A stretch of 64,000 nt of DNA from Longimicrobiales bacterium (GTDB taxonomy: Bacteria > Gemmatimonadota > Gemmatimonadetes > Longimicrobiales > Gaopeijiaceae). Positions 38,953-49,833 of the stretch are shown here, one piece after another. The first letter of the stretch is position 1, and each line of letters starts with the position of its first letter. The notes beneath the pieces are model-generated. The model ran no database searches, was not told where the DNA came from, and saw only the letters and a program-made list of their open reading frames with translations. The position numbers were made by a program, and so were the translations under genes. The stretch is from positions 1,184,001-1,248,000 of the forward strand of contig OZ242008.1 in the NCBI GenBank assembly GCA_965204735.1. Reading direction: 5' to 3'.

Positions 38953-40410
38953 TCACAAGACGGGCGACGAGTCGGAAGTCGCCGGTCCCGTCCTCGCCGC
39001 CTTCCTCGCCTGCGCGGTTGCCAGCCCAACCGAGAGCGCGATCCAGAAGCCGGCCAACGGGACCGCCGTCATGGCCAAGGCGGCGACGCCCAGCCCGAAC
39101 AAGGCCAGAAATCCGTCGATCCCGACTCCAGCCACGTCGCCGCCCCGGTACAGGAAGACGTCCACGACCGGCTTCGCCTTGTACTTCGCCCTCGAAGACA
39201 CGACGCTGAAGAGCGTCTCTCGTGCCGGCCGGGAAACGGCGTACCGGACTGCGCGGTGGACGGCGTCAAGAACGAGCATCACGCCCAGCACTGGCCAGGT
39301 CGCCAAGCTCGCAAAGCCCACGAGGGTCACCAGCGCAAGGATCGACAGGGTCGGGCCGATGCCGAACCACCTGATCAAGCGAGCGGTCACGAACACCTGC
39401 AGCAGCAGGGTCGCCGACTGCGCCACGAAGTTGAAGTAGGCAAAGCTGCCCACCCGCTGGCTGAAGGTGTCGGTGGCGTTGAGGATCAAGTTCGCTTCGG
39501 CGAAGTAGATCATGGTGTTGGAGACGGCCATGAAGACCACCCAGAGCCCGATCCCCAGCATGTACGGTGAAGTGGCCACGATCTTGGCGCCCTCCCAGAA
39601 CGAGCCGCCGACGGCCGCCCTGGAGTGGCGGGCGCCGCCCGAGCGTTCCAGCAACTCCGCAGCCGGCGTGGTCTTCGGCTGCGTCGTCTTGCGGTCGATC
39701 GCCAGCATCACGAGAACGGCGCACACGTAGAAGGCGCACGACGCCAGCATGAGGCCCGACGGCAGGTACGCCGACTCGCCGGCGACTTGGCTCGCCAACC
39801 CCGTCAGCCAGCTTCCGACGATGGAGCCCAGCGTGCCGCCGGCCCCGATGAAGGCGAAGAGCCGCTTGCCCTGGTCGAAGCTGAAGACGTCCACCATGAA
39901 CGCCCAGAAGACGCTGGTCATGAAGAGATTCACGACGCTGAGCCAGACGTAGAAGACGTAGCCGACGCCCTGGGCCACTGTCGTCTCGGCGTCCGTGCCC
40001 ACGAGGCCGCCCCCCGTCGCGGCGTCCCACGCCAGAAGTCCGGCAAACCCCAGCAGGCACGTGGTCACGAACAAGTACCAAATCGGGACGAATCGGCGCC
40101 GATTCGTGCGCGCCACTACGCCGCCGAAGGCCAAGACGACCACCAGCGACGCCGCCGACGTCGCGACGAACAGCCAACGCAGGTCGTCCATCCCCCTCGA
40201 CACGCCCATGGCGTCCCGCACGGGGCGCAGGAAGAAGTACCCGCACAGGAGGAGGAAGAAGAAGAGAGCGGAAAGCAGCGCCAAGGGGCGCTCCTTCGGC
40301 GCCATGCCGCGCAGGGTGACGACGCTGAACCCCAGCACCGTCGCCGCGGCGACGAGCCAAGCGACCCAGGCGACGGGCGAAGCGACCCACTGGCCTAACC
40401 AAGACGACAC
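38953..40410 (-). CDS. COG3202 ATP/ADP-translocase-like MFS transporter
   Basis: YFFLRPVRD, FWAFMVDVF, RPARETLF, KYKAKPVVDVFLYRGGD; many TM helices. Confidence 0.82.
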   Translation of the reverse strand: MSSWLGQWVASPVAWVAWLVAAATVLGFSVVTLRGMAPKERPLALLSALFFFLLLCGYFFLRPVRDAMGVSRGMDDLRWLFVATSAASLVVVLAFGGVVARTNRRRFVPIWYLFVTTCLLGFAGLLAWDAATGGGLVGTDAETTVAQGVGYVFYVWLSVVNLFMTSVFWAFMVDVFSFDQGKRLFAFIGAGGTLGSIVGSWLTGLASQVAGESAYLPSGLMLASCAFYVCAVLVMLAIDRKTTQPKTTPAAELLERSGGARHSRAAVGGSFWEGAKIVATSPYMLGIGLWVVFMAVSNTMIYFAEANLILNATDTFSQRVGSFAYFNFVAQSATLLLQVFVTARLIRWFGIGPTLSILALVTLVGFASLATWPVLGVMLVLDAVHRAVRYAVSRPARETLFSVVSSRAKYKAKPVVDVFLYRGGDVAGVGIDGFLALFGLGVAALAMTAVPLAGFWIALSVGLATAQARKAARTGPATSDSSPVL

Positions 40411-40579
40411 TTGCAGCGTTCCTGTCCCAAGCGTTCCCGTCCCAAGAGGGGGTTGCGACTCCTCCGCGCTGCCGGGCGTGCGCCGGAGGCTCGACTGCTA
40501 CCGATCAGCTTGACCGCTACCGATTAGAACGTCATCTTTCGCCAAGGGCAAGTCGCCTCGCCTGTGGGGCAAGGCGTCC

Positions 40580-42019
40580 GTGGGCAAGCCGCCCGTGGGG
40601 CAAAGGCGTCGGTGGACAAGCCGCTTCGCTCCTGTGAGGCGGACCGCCCACAGCCGCTGCAACGAGCGTCCTCGCCCGTCGTCGTCCCGCTTGCCTGTCG
40701 CCTTCGCGTCGCCTGTGAGCCTACACGCCTTTCCGACCCGCCTGCTCACGTCCGCGATCGGCGTCCGGCCTGCCGAGGCACGCGCAGTAGTGCTTTCGGG
40801 CGCCTACTTCTTCTTCGTCCTCTCGGCGTACTACGTCATTCGCCCGATTCGAGAGGAGATGGCCGTTGCCAGCGGCGTGGAAAACATCCCGTGGCTCTTC
40901 ACCGGCACCCTTGCGGGAACGCTGTTGGTCCATCCCCTCTTCACGACGGCCGTGTCCCGCTGGCCCCGCAGGCGCTTCGTATCCACCGCGTACCGCTTCG
41001 CCATGGCAAACTTGGCCCTGTTCTTCGTGCTGATGAAGACGTTGCCGGACGAAGCGACGGTGTGGGTAGGGCGGGTGTTCTTCATATGGCTCGCGGTGTT
41101 CAACCTCTTCGTGATCTCGATCTTCTGGTCCTTCATGACCGACATCTTCCGGGATGGACAGAGCCGTCGGCTCTTCGGGCTCGTGAGCGCCGGAGGCGGT
41201 CTTGGAGCGATCGCTGGATCGGCAGTCACCGCGTTTCTGGCCACGAAAGTGGGACCGATCAACTTGCTCTGGTTCTCAGTCGTCCTGATCGAGTGCGCCG
41301 TGTGGTGCGTCGGCCGGCTGGACGGCATCTCCATGGCCCGGCCGGACGACTCCCGCGCCGACTCCGCCGCGGAAACCGCCGACCAGATCATCGGAGGCTC
41401 CGCGTGGGACGGCATCAAGCGCTTGTCCGGCTCGCCCTACTTGCTGGGCATTTCCGCGTTCATGCTGCTCTTCACGGTGGGATCGACCTTTCTATATCAG
41501 ATCCAGGCCGAGATCGTCTCCACCACCTTTGTCGGCTCGGCGGAGCGCACAGCCGTCTTCGCGCGGCTCGACCTGGCCGTCAACATATTGTCCCTGTTTG
41601 CTCAGATACTTGTCACTGGGCGGCTTCTCAAGTGGCTCGGCGTCGGGATCACGCTTGCGCTGTTGCCCCTGATCAGCGCAATCGGGTTCGCCGCCCTGGG
41701 GACCGCGCCCGTGCTCGCCGTCTTCGTCGTCTTCCAAGTCGTCAGGCGAGCCGGGGACTACGCCGTCGCGCGTCCAACGAGAGAGGTCCTCTACACTGTC
41801 CTCTCCCGAAGCGAGAAGTACAAGGCAAAGAACTTCAACGACACCTTCGTCTACCGTACCGGCGACCAGGTCGGCGCATGGTCCTTCGCAGGTCTCTCCA
41901 TGCTGGGCCTGGGCACTTCGGCAGTGGCGCTGGTGATGGTGCCGGTGTCGGTGGCGTGGTTGCTGGTGGCGTTGTGGCTGGGCAGGCAGAGACGCGCCCT
42001 GGCCGGAGGGTCGCCTTGA
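40580..42019 (+). CDS. COG3202 ATP/ADP-translocase-like MFS transporter (paralog); start uncertain
   Basis: YYVIRPIRE, FWSFMTDIF, RPTREVLY, KYKAKNFNDTFVYRTGD. Confidence 0.82.
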   Translation: MGKPPVGQRRRWTSRFAPVRRTAHSRCNERPRPSSSRLPVAFASPVSLHAFPTRLLTSAIGVRPAEARAVVLSGAYFFFVLSAYYVIRPIREEMAVASGVENIPWLFTGTLAGTLLVHPLFTTAVSRWPRRRFVSTAYRFAMANLALFFVLMKTLPDEATVWVGRVFFIWLAVFNLFVISIFWSFMTDIFRDGQSRRLFGLVSAGGGLGAIAGSAVTAFLATKVGPINLLWFSVVLIECAVWCVGRLDGISMARPDDSRADSAAETADQIIGGSAWDGIKRLSGSPYLLGISAFMLLFTVGSTFLYQIQAEIVSTTFVGSAERTAVFARLDLAVNILSLFAQILVTGRLLKWLGVGITLALLPLISAIGFAALGTAPVLAVFVVFQVVRRAGDYAVARPTREVLYTVLSRSEKYKAKNFNDTFVYRTGDQVGAWSFAGLSMLGLGTSAVALVMVPVSVAWLLVALWLGRQRRALAGGSP

Positions 42020-43914
42020 ACGCCAGCGGAGGCCCGAGGGACGGAACGGCCGGAGGGGGTTGGTCCAATTGGTATTGGCGACGAGGCGTTCCGCTGATCG
42101 CCGGCTCGAGCGCGCTTGCAGCCGTCGCCGTCGTCGTGGACTGGCTGGGGGGTTTCGGCGCAGTGGCCTCCCAGGCCACCGACGGCGACTCCCAGGAGCT
42201 GGACGTGGTTGTCGCCGCAAGCGTGCTTTCGTTGTGCCTGCTGGCGTGCCGGCGCCTGGTGCGGCACGAGGCCGGCGCCTGCGCCCGCTCCACTCAAGTC
42301 GAGCCCCTGGCCGGTGGTCGGCACGGCGCGCGCGCCGAAGTCGTGCTGGTGATCGTCGTGATCGCGGCTGGCGTCGCGCTGCACTCGTACTTCCTGGACC
42401 TGCCGCTGCGGTTCGACGAAAGCCTGACAGTCTTCGAGTTGGCGTCCCAGTCGTTCGGCACGGCCGCAAGTTCGTACCATACCCCCAACAACCATGTGCT
42501 GCACACCTTGGTCGTGTGGGTTGCGCACCAGCTCGGCGACTGGAATCGGATCGTTTGGCGACTGCCGGCGTTCCTCTCGTTCTGCCTTCTGCTTCCGGCG
42601 ATTTGGTGGTTCGCGCGTCGGGAGTACGGCCCGACGGCCGCCGCGTTCACGACCGCCCTCGTGGCCTGCACGCCCTACTTCGTCGAGTTCGGCACCCAAG
42701 CGCGGGGCTACACGCTGCTTCTGCTCCTGTTCGCGGGGGCGCTGCTCTGCGGCCAATCCATTGTGCGGAAGCCGGCAAGCACTGGTCTGTGGGCGACGTG
42801 GGCCGCGACGATCGGCCTCGGCTTCTTCACCATACCGCTGATGGCGTCTCCGGCGGCAGCGACCGCGCTCTGGATGGTGCTGGCGCGTTGGCGCCGATGC
42901 GGCCGCGAGGGACTGGGGTCGTTCGCGCTCAAGACCGCGGGATGGTCGGCGGCGGCGCTCGTCTTTGCTGGAGCTTTGTACGCGCCGATCCTGGCTGCGC
43001 AGGGGATCGACGGCGTGCAGGCGGCTCTTTCGGGCTTCGGCCTTCTCGGCGTAACTCCACGCCGACTCCTGTGGTATCCTGTCGTGGTATGGTACCGCTG
43101 GCACTGGACGAGTCCCGCCTGGGTTCAGGGCGCGCTGCTGGCGCTGGTTGTTGTCGGCAGCGCCGTGCCGGCCCGCGCGTGTGGGCGCGCGGGGGCGCTC
43201 CTTGCGGCAACGATCGTCGTCGCGACGGTCATGTTCTTGATCAAGCCGGTCATGTTTTCGCCACGTATGCTGATCTGGATGCTGTTGGTGCTCATGATCC
43301 TGGCGGGCGCAGGAGCGGCGCTCGTGTTCCAGGGGATGGCGGGCCGGGCGAAAGCGCGTTGGCCGAGCCTCGCCGCGCCGTCCAGACAGGTCGCTGCCGC
43401 ATGCGGCGCGGTGCTGTTGCTTCTTTGCGGATACGGATGGGTGACGCAGCCCGACACGACCCGAGTGTACGGACAAAACAGCATTCTGGCGCGATCGCTG
43501 CCGGCCATGGCGTTCTTGGTTGCGGAAAGCGTTCGGGACGGCGACTACTTCACCATCCACAACAGGATTGCGATTTCCACGGTCTTGTACATGAGAAGCT
43601 TTCGCCGTGTCGACATGGACGCAGGCTGGTACTATCCCATGGGCAGGCCGCGGAGCCGCTGGTCGGTTCACCGAGTGTCGGCCCCTGCGGGCGGGCGAGC
43701 GTCGGATTCGTCCGCCGGCGAACTTCTCGGGGACATGGCGCAGGGGCGGCTCTTCGTCTTTCAGGCCAAGGGGTTTCTCGGCGAAAGAGCGTTCGGCGCC
43801 GAAGGCATGACGGCCCCGGAGTTCCTGGAGGCGCGGGGCTCCAGCCACGAGCTGATCGCCGCCTTCGACGACGGAAGCGTCCACGTGCTGGACGACTGGA
43901 CCAGGCATCCGTGA
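42016..43914 (+). CDS. GT-C fold membrane glycosyltransferase-like protein
   Basis: PLRFDES acidic loop, PNNHVLH, ARGY; many TM helices; TTGA coupling. Confidence 0.7.
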   Translation: MNASGGPRDGTAGGGWSNWYWRRGVPLIAGSSALAAVAVVVDWLGGFGAVASQATDGDSQELDVVVAASVLSLCLLACRRLVRHEAGACARSTQVEPLAGGRHGARAEVVLVIVVIAAGVALHSYFLDLPLRFDESLTVFELASQSFGTAASSYHTPNNHVLHTLVVWVAHQLGDWNRIVWRLPAFLSFCLLLPAIWWFARREYGPTAAAFTTALVACTPYFVEFGTQARGYTLLLLLFAGALLCGQSIVRKPASTGLWATWAATIGLGFFTIPLMASPAAATALWMVLARWRRCGREGLGSFALKTAGWSAAALVFAGALYAPILAAQGIDGVQAALSGFGLLGVTPRRLLWYPVVVWYRWHWTSPAWVQGALLALVVVGSAVPARACGRAGALLAATIVVATVMFLIKPVMFSPRMLIWMLLVLMILAGAGAALVFQGMAGRAKARWPSLAAPSRQVAAACGAVLLLLCGYGWVTQPDTTRVYGQNSILARSLPAMAFLVAESVRDGDYFTIHNRIAISTVLYMRSFRRVDMDAGWYYPMGRPRSRWSVHRVSAPAGGRASDSSAGELLGDMAQGRLFVFQAKGFLGERAFGAEGMTAPEFLEARGSSHELIAAFDDGSVHVLDDWTRHP

Positions 43915-45833
43915 AGAACGACTCCCGCGGCGAGGGCACGTCGCTCGCTCCCGCAGGCCGTCCCCGCGCAGCCGTCTGCCCACCGACGGACGGGCGGCGT
44001 TCCGGCTGGCTGTGGCGGCGGGGCGTTCCGCTGACCGCCGGCTTGAGTGCGCTGGCGGCGGTCGCGGCCGGTGCGGACTGGCTGTGGGAGTTCGGCGTAG
44101 TGGCCGCCCAATCCGGCGACGGCGATCCCGAAGAGCTGGCAGTCGTCGTCGCTGCAAGCGTCCTCTCGTTGTGCCTGCTGGCGTGCTGGCGCATTGCGTC
44201 ACCCGGGGCCTACGCCCTCTCGGCCAAGGTCGCGCCGGCGACCGGCGGGCGGAGCGCGCGCTCCGAAGTCGTCCTTGCGGCGGTCGTGACCGCGGTGGGC
44301 GTTGCGGCGCCCCTGTACTCCTTGGACCTGCCCTTGCGCTTCGACGAGAGCATCACCGTGGACTTCGCGTCCCAGACGTTCGGCACGGTCGTGAGCAGGT
44401 ACGACACCACCAACAACCATGTGCTGCACAGCTTGCTGGTTTGGGTCGTCCACCAGTTCGGCGCCTGGAGTCGGATCGCTTGGCGACTGCCGGCGTTCTT
44501 CTCGTTCTGCCTTCTGCTTCCGGCGCTGTGGTGGTTCGCGCGTCGGGAGTACGGCCCGACGGCCGCCGCATTCGCAACCGCCTTCCTGGCGAGCACGCCC
44601 TTCTTCTTCAAGTTCGCCACCAACGCGCGGGGCTACACATTGCTGCTGCTCCTGTTCGTGGGAGCGTTGCTCTGCGGCCAATCCCTTGTGCAAAGGCCGG
44701 AGAGAAGAGGGTTGTGGGCGGCATGGGCCGCGACGATCGGCTTGGGCTTCTTCACCATACCATTGATGGTGTTTCCAGCTGCAACGACCGCGATCTGGAT
44801 GGTGCTGGCGCGCTGGCGCCGGTGCGGTCGCGAGGGAATGGGGTCCTTCGCCTCCAAGACCGCAGGCTGGTCGGCGGCGGCGCTCGTCTTCGCCGGGGCG
44901 TTGTACGCGCCCATAGTGGCAACGACAGGGATCGATCACCTGCAGATCGCTCTTTCCGGGATTGGTCTCGAGGAGGCGGTCCTTCCCGAGATGCTGTGGT
45001 ATCCGGTCGTCGTCTGGCGCCAATGGCATTGGACGAGTCCCGCCTGGGTTCAGGGCCTGCTGCTGGCGCTGGTCTTTGTCGGCGTCGCCTTGCCCGCTCG
45101 GACGTGTGGGCGCGCCGGCACGCTCTGCTTGGCGATGATCGTCGCCACGGCGGCCGTGGCGTTGGCAAAGCCTGTCGTGTATTCCCCGCGCATGGGGATA
45201 TGGGCATTGCTGGTGTTCATGACCTTGGCGGGCGTCGGAGCGGGGACCGTGTTCCAGGGGCTGGCGGCCCGGGCGGAGTCGCGGTGGCCCGGACTCGCCA
45301 CGCCGTCGCGGGAAGGGAGGGGGCGCGTTGCGACGTGGGGCGCCGTGCTGCTGGTACTTGCGCTTGCGGTCAAGTCGGTGGTGCAGCTTGGCGCGGCCCG
45401 AAGGCACGGACTCGACCTCCAGGAGCCTGGGATGCCGACGACCGTGTTCTCAGTTGCGGAAGAGATCCGGGTCGGCGACTACTTCACAATCCACCGCAAC
45501 CGCGCGCTTTCCACGGCCGTTTACATGAGGAGCCTTCACCGTGTCGACATGAACGCGGGCTGGTACAATCCCTCGGGCAGGTTGCGACGCCCCTGGCCGG
45601 TTCACCGAGTGTCGGCCTCCCCAGGCGGGCCGCCGTCAGGGGCGTCCTCCAGCGGACCCGTCGAGAACGTGGCGCAGGGGCGGCTCTTCGTCGTGACCGA
45701 AGGCGAAGCAACGGTGGTCCGGGAGTTCATGGCAGCGGGCGGACCCAGTCACGAGCTGGCCGCGGCCTTCGACGACGGAAGCGTCTATGTGCTGGACGAA
45801 TGGACTTCCCTCAGAACGCCCCGATCCCCGTGA
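43911..45833 (+). CDS. GT-C fold membrane glycosyltransferase-like protein (tandem paralog)
   Basis: Colinear with previous gene (PLRFDES, NNHVLH, ARGY, HELxAAFDDGSV); GTGA coupling. Confidence 0.7.
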   Translation: MKNDSRGEGTSLAPAGRPRAAVCPPTDGRRSGWLWRRGVPLTAGLSALAAVAAGADWLWEFGVVAAQSGDGDPEELAVVVAASVLSLCLLACWRIASPGAYALSAKVAPATGGRSARSEVVLAAVVTAVGVAAPLYSLDLPLRFDESITVDFASQTFGTVVSRYDTTNNHVLHSLLVWVVHQFGAWSRIAWRLPAFFSFCLLLPALWWFARREYGPTAAAFATAFLASTPFFFKFATNARGYTLLLLLFVGALLCGQSLVQRPERRGLWAAWAATIGLGFFTIPLMVFPAATTAIWMVLARWRRCGREGMGSFASKTAGWSAAALVFAGALYAPIVATTGIDHLQIALSGIGLEEAVLPEMLWYPVVVWRQWHWTSPAWVQGLLLALVFVGVALPARTCGRAGTLCLAMIVATAAVALAKPVVYSPRMGIWALLVFMTLAGVGAGTVFQGLAARAESRWPGLATPSREGRGRVATWGAVLLVLALAVKSVVQLGAARRHGLDLQEPGMPTTVFSVAEEIRVGDYFTIHRNRALSTAVYMRSLHRVDMNAGWYNPSGRLRRPWPVHRVSASPGGPPSGASSSGPVENVAQGRLFVVTEGEATVVREFMAAGGPSHELAAAFDDGSVYVLDEWTSLRTPRSP

Positions 45834-46998
45834 CCGCTTGGCCCAGGATCAGCGAGTGCACGTCGTGGGTGCCTTCGTAGGTGTAGACCGACTCCAAGTT
45901 GGCCATGTGGCGCATCGACGCGTACTCCGCCAGGATGCCGTTGGCGCCCAGGAGCCGCCGGGCCTCGCGCGCGACGTTGCACGCCATGTCCACGTTGGCG
46001 CGCTTCGCCAGGCTGACCTGCTGCGGAGTCATCTTGCCTTCGTCCTTCAGGCGTCCCAGCCGCAGGCACAGGAGCTGGCCCTGGGTGATCGAAGTGAGCA
46101 TGTCGGCGATCCGCACCTGCTGGATCTGCTTGCCGGCGATGGGGCCGTCGAACATGACCCGCTCGCCCGCGTAGTCCACCGCTTCGTGGAAGCAGGCCAT
46201 TGCCGCGCCCACGGCGCCCCATGAAATGCCGTAGCGAGCCTGGGTGAGGCACATCAGCGGGCTGCGCAGGCCGCCCGTGCCGGGCATCAGAGCGTCTTCG
46301 GGAAGGCGCACGTCCTGCAGCGCCAGTTCGCTCGTGTCGGAGGCCAGCAGCGACAGCTTGCCCCTCTGGTCCCGCGCGCTGAAGCCCGGCGCGTCGGTCG
46401 GGACCACGAACCCGCGGATCCCCTTGGCGTCGCCCGGCTCGCCGGTCTGGGCCCAAACCACCGCCACGTCGGCCATGGATCCGTTGGTGATCCACATCTT
46501 GGCGCCGTTGAGCACCCAGCCGCCGTCGGAGGTCTTCCGGGCGGTCGTGATCATGCCGGCCGGATTGGACCCGTAGTCGGGCTCGGTAAGTCCGAAGCAC
46601 CCGATCTTCTCTCCGGTCGCAAGCTTGGGCAGCCACTCGCGCCGCTGCTCTTCGCTGCCGAAGGCGTGAATGGGGTACATGACCAGCGCCCCCTGCACCG
46701 AAGCGAAGGAGCGCAACCCCGAGTCGCCCCGTTCCAGCTCCTGCATGATGAGGCCGTACGAGACATTGCCAAGCCCCGCGCAGCCGTACTCCTCCGGCAG
46801 GTTGGCGCCCAGCATTCCCAGCTCGCCGATCTCGGGCACGAGCTCCTTGGGGAAGCGTCGCTCCACGTACGCGTCGCCGATCACGGGCATCACCCGGTCC
46901 TCCACCCACTCCCGGATCGTGTCCCGAACCATCCGCTCCTCTTCGGCGAGGAGCGAGTCGACGTCGTAGAAGTCCGTCCCTGCGAATCTGCCGGCCAT
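45811..46998 (-). CDS. gcdH: glutaryl-CoA dehydrogenase-type acyl-CoA dehydrogenase
   Basis: ELERGDSGLRS, CFGLTEPDYGS, NLESVYTYEGTHDVH. Confidence 0.85.
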   Translation of the reverse strand: MAGRFAGTDFYDVDSLLAEEERMVRDTIREWVEDRVMPVIGDAYVERRFPKELVPEIGELGMLGANLPEEYGCAGLGNVSYGLIMQELERGDSGLRSFASVQGALVMYPIHAFGSEEQRREWLPKLATGEKIGCFGLTEPDYGSNPAGMITTARKTSDGGWVLNGAKMWITNGSMADVAVVWAQTGEPGDAKGIRGFVVPTDAPGFSARDQRGKLSLLASDTSELALQDVRLPEDALMPGTGGLRSPLMCLTQARYGISWGAVGAAMACFHEAVDYAGERVMFDGPIAGKQIQQVRIADMLTSITQGQLLCLRLGRLKDEGKMTPQQVSLAKRANVDMACNVAREARRLLGANGILAEYASMRHMANLESVYTYEGTHDVHSLILGQAVTGIGAF

Positions 46999-47052
46999 TT
47001 GCGTTGCGGCGCTCCGGTGAGGGGAAAGTCGGTCGGGGACTCCGGGCTGGGT

Positions 47053-47394
47053 CTACTCGGGCGGGCGGCGGGCGCGGAAGCGCAGGATGCCGAACCAGAT
47101 CGCGCGTCCGGCCCTGGCGCCCAGCCACAACGTCGCGACCACGGCGCCGATCCAGCCGCCGATCACGATCTCGGACGGCCGCTGCACCAAGAATATCCAT
47201 GCGGCAAGGCCGGCGGCCAGGGCGCCTCCGAGCCGCCAGCCGAAGCGCTTCGCCTGGCTCCGGGCATTCGCGATGCACTCTTCGCACCACAGGAGTCGGT
47301 CCAGGTCCGCGGCCTTCCTGGGCTCGCCGCAGCACGTGCACGTCAGGTCCAGGCTCGCCCCCGCCCGGTTCGCGGGGCGCCGTCCGGCGCTCAC
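47053..47394 (-). CDS. small membrane protein with zinc-ribbon-like N-terminus
   Basis: CTCC...CEEC followed by two hydrophobic helices. Confidence 0.6.
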   Translation of the reverse strand: MSAGRRPANRAGASLDLTCTCCGEPRKAADLDRLLWCEECIANARSQAKRFGWRLGGALAAGLAAWIFLVQRPSEIVIGGWIGAVVATLWLGARAGRAIWFGILRFRARRPPE

Positions 47395-47492
47395 GGGAGC
47401 GGAGGCGGGCTCACGCCGGTGCCCGGGTTCGCGCCGGCCCGGTCTCGCGGCAGCCCAGTCTCACGCCAGTGCGGTGTCACGCCAGTCCGGGC

Positions 47493-48557
47493 TCACGCCA
47501 AGGCCCGGATCACCGCATCGGCGAAGGCGTCGGTGCCGTCCGTTCCGCCCATGTCCCGGGTCCGAGCGACCCCGTCGCCGACGACCGTGTCCAGTGCCTT
47601 TCGGATCCGTGCCGCCGGGGCGTCCCGTCCCATGTGGTCCAGCAGCAGGCACGCCGAGAGGAGGAGTCCGGTCGGGTTGGCCACGCCCTGTCCCGCGATG
47701 TCGGGCGCCGACCCGTGCACCGCTTCGAAGACGGCGTGCTCGCGTCCCATGTTGCCGGCGGGCGCGAACCCCAGGCCCCCGACCAAGCCCGCCATCAGGT
47801 CGCTCAGGATGTCGCCGAACATGTTCTCCATGACCAGCACGTCGAAGCGGCAGGGGTCGAGCACCAAGTACATGGCGGTGGCGTCGATGATCCGGTCCTC
47901 GAAGCCGATCCGGCCTGCGTACTCGTCCGCCAAGCGCTTTCCCACGTCGAGGAAGAGGCCCTGCGTGTGCTTGAGGATGTTGGCCTTGTGCGCCAGCGTG
48001 ACCTTGCTCCGTCCGTGCGCGCGTGCGTACTCGAAGGCGAAGCGCACGACCCGTTCGCACCCGTAGCGCGTGGTGATCATGACCGACTCCGCGGCCGCCT
48101 TCGGGTCGCCCTCCATTCCGATGAAGTGCTCGACGCCGACGTAGAGCCCCTCGGTGTTCTCGCGGATCAGCACCAAGTCGATGTCCTCGTAGCGCCCGCC
48201 GGGAACGATCGTGCGCACCGGCCTGACGTTGGCGAAGAGGTCGAAGTGCTTGCGGATCGCCACGTTGACGGACCGAAAGCCGGAGCCGGCGGGCGTCGCC
48301 AGCGGCCCCTTGAGCGCCACCCGGTTCGCGTCGATCGAGGCCAGCGTCTCCTCGGGCAGCGGGCTCCCGTGGGGCCGAATCGCCGCGATCCCGGCCATCT
48401 GCATGTCGTACTCCAGCCCGGCCCCGGCCAAGTCCAGGATGCGGAGGACCGCCGACGTGACCTCGGGTCCGATCCCGTCGCCGGGGATGACGGTGACGGC
48501 GCTGGACGGGGGCGGCGCGGGCGGCACGGCTTCGGCGGCGTCACGCATGGGGCTCAT
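47493..48557 (-). CDS. isocitrate/isopropylmalate dehydrogenase family (NAD-IDH-like)
   Basis: [44 protein letters not shown]. Confidence 0.9.
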   Translation of the reverse strand: MSPMRDAAEAVPPAPPPSSAVTVIPGDGIGPEVTSAVLRILDLAGAGLEYDMQMAGIAAIRPHGSPLPEETLASIDANRVALKGPLATPAGSGFRSVNVAIRKHFDLFANVRPVRTIVPGGRYEDIDLVLIRENTEGLYVGVEHFIGMEGDPKAAAESVMITTRYGCERVVRFAFEYARAHGRSKVTLAHKANILKHTQGLFLDVGKRLADEYAGRIGFEDRIIDATAMYLVLDPCRFDVLVMENMFGDILSDLMAGLVGGLGFAPAGNMGREHAVFEAVHGSAPDIAGQGVANPTGLLLSACLLLDHMGRDAPAARIRKALDTVVGDGVARTRDMGGTDGTDAFADAVIRALA

Positions 48558-49005
48558 GGGATTTGATCTGATGGAGCTCCGGATCGTGGGGCTGGACCTC
48601 GCGGAACTCCGCCTGGCGGGGCTCGAACGTCAGCGAGGCCGAGTTGATGCAGTAGCGAAGTCCCGTCGGCGGCGGACCGTCGGGGAAGACGTGGCCCAAG
48701 TGGGCGTCGCAGGCGGCGCAGACGACCTCCGTTCGCCGCATGAAGAGCTTGCGGTCGTCCTTCTCGTCCACGGCGTCGGGCGCGGCCGTGTGGAAGCTGG
48801 GCCAGCCGGTGCCGGAGTCGTACTTGTGGGCGGACTCGAAGAGGCGCCGGCCGCAGCAGACGCACAGGTAGGCGCCGGCGTCCTTGCGGTCCCAGTGCTC
48901 GCCGGTGAATGCGCGCTCGGTGCCGCCCCTGCGGGCGACCCTGTACTGCTCCGGCGCGAGCTGGGCGCGCCACTCGGCGTCGGTCTTGCGCGTGGGTTGG
49001 GACAT
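48541..49005 (-). CDS. msrB: peptide-methionine (R)-S-oxide reductase
   Basis: [35 protein letters not shown]. Confidence 0.96.
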   Translation of the reverse strand: MSQPTRKTDAEWRAQLAPEQYRVARRGGTERAFTGEHWDRKDAGAYLCVCCGRRLFESAHKYDSGTGWPSFHTAAPDAVDEKDDRKLFMRRTEVVCAACDAHLGHVFPDGPPPTGLRYCINSASLTFEPRQAEFREVQPHDPELHQIKSHEPHA

Positions 49006-49105
49006 TGGTGGGCAGGGGGTGGGGCGGGGAAGGAGGGGAGGGACGGAAGGGCGGCAGAAAAGCAGTGTTGCTGGCCCATAGCAGGAAATATGGCTAATAT
49101 GGGGC

Positions 49106-49366
49106 ATGAAGACCACCATCGACATACAGGACCACCTGTTGGTCAGGACCAAGGCTCACGCCAAGAAGACCGGGCGCTCGTTGCGGTCGGTCGTCGAGGA
49201 GGGGTTGCGCATGGCGTTGGACGCCTCCCGGGCGACGGCGCGACCGTACCGCCTTCCCGACCTCAGCGTGGGCGACCCGCAGGCCAACGATCCGCTTGAA
49301 GCGTATTCGTGGCAAGACTTGAGCGAGGCGGTCTACGGAGAGTCGATGCGCGGTGAGTCTCCGTGA
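49106..49366 (+). CDS. vapB: VapB-type ribbon-helix-helix antitoxin
   Basis: [12 protein letters not shown]...[15 protein letters not shown] overlap with PIN gene. Confidence 0.8.
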   Translation: MKTTIDIQDHLLVRTKAHAKKTGRSLRSVVEEGLRMALDASRATARPYRLPDLSVGDPQANDPLEAYSWQDLSEAVYGESMRGESP

Positions 49367-49833
49367 CGGCTGTCGACACGAACATTCTCGTCTATGCGCA
49401 TCGTCGCGAGTCGGCGGCGCATCAAGTCGCCGACCGGACGCTGCGGGAGCTGGCGGAGGGGTCCTGCCTCTGGGCGATTCCTTGGCCGTGCTGCTACGAG
49501 TTCCTTTCCATCGTGACCAACCGCCGCATCTGGAAGGACGCGGCCACTCCCCCCGAGCACGCTTGGCGCCAGCTTCGCGCCTGGACCGATTCGCCCTCGA
49601 ACCGCCTGCTCCAAGAGACGGACGGCTTTCTGGACGTCTTCGGAGAGCTCGTCCAGCGGCCCAAGGTGAGGGGGCCCGTCGTGCACGACGCTCGGGTGGC
49701 GGCCCTCTGTCTGGTTCACGGGGTCGAGGCCCTCCTGACCCGGGACCGCGACTTCCGGGCGTTTCCCGAGCTTCCGACGCGGGACCCGCTGGTGCCAAGA
49801 CGCTCGTCCCGGGCTCGCCGAATCTTCCCCTGA
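49363..49833 (+). CDS. vapC: VapC PIN-domain toxin
   Basis: VDTNILVYA, YEF, VHDARVAA, TRDRDF. Confidence 0.9.
   Translation: MTAVDTNILVYAHRRESAAHQVADRTLRELAEGSCLWAIPWPCCYEFLSIVTNRRIWKDAATPPEHAWRQLRAWTDSPSNRLLQETDGFLDVFGELVQRPKVRGPVVHDARVAALCLVHGVEALLTRDRDFRAFPELPTRDPLVPRRSSRARRIFP

Noticed and set aside
49075..49103. CCCATA / TATGG(G) inverted motifs upstream of vapB as an operator
   Set aside because: Plausible for TA autoregulation but arms are only 5-6 nt; too weak to call.
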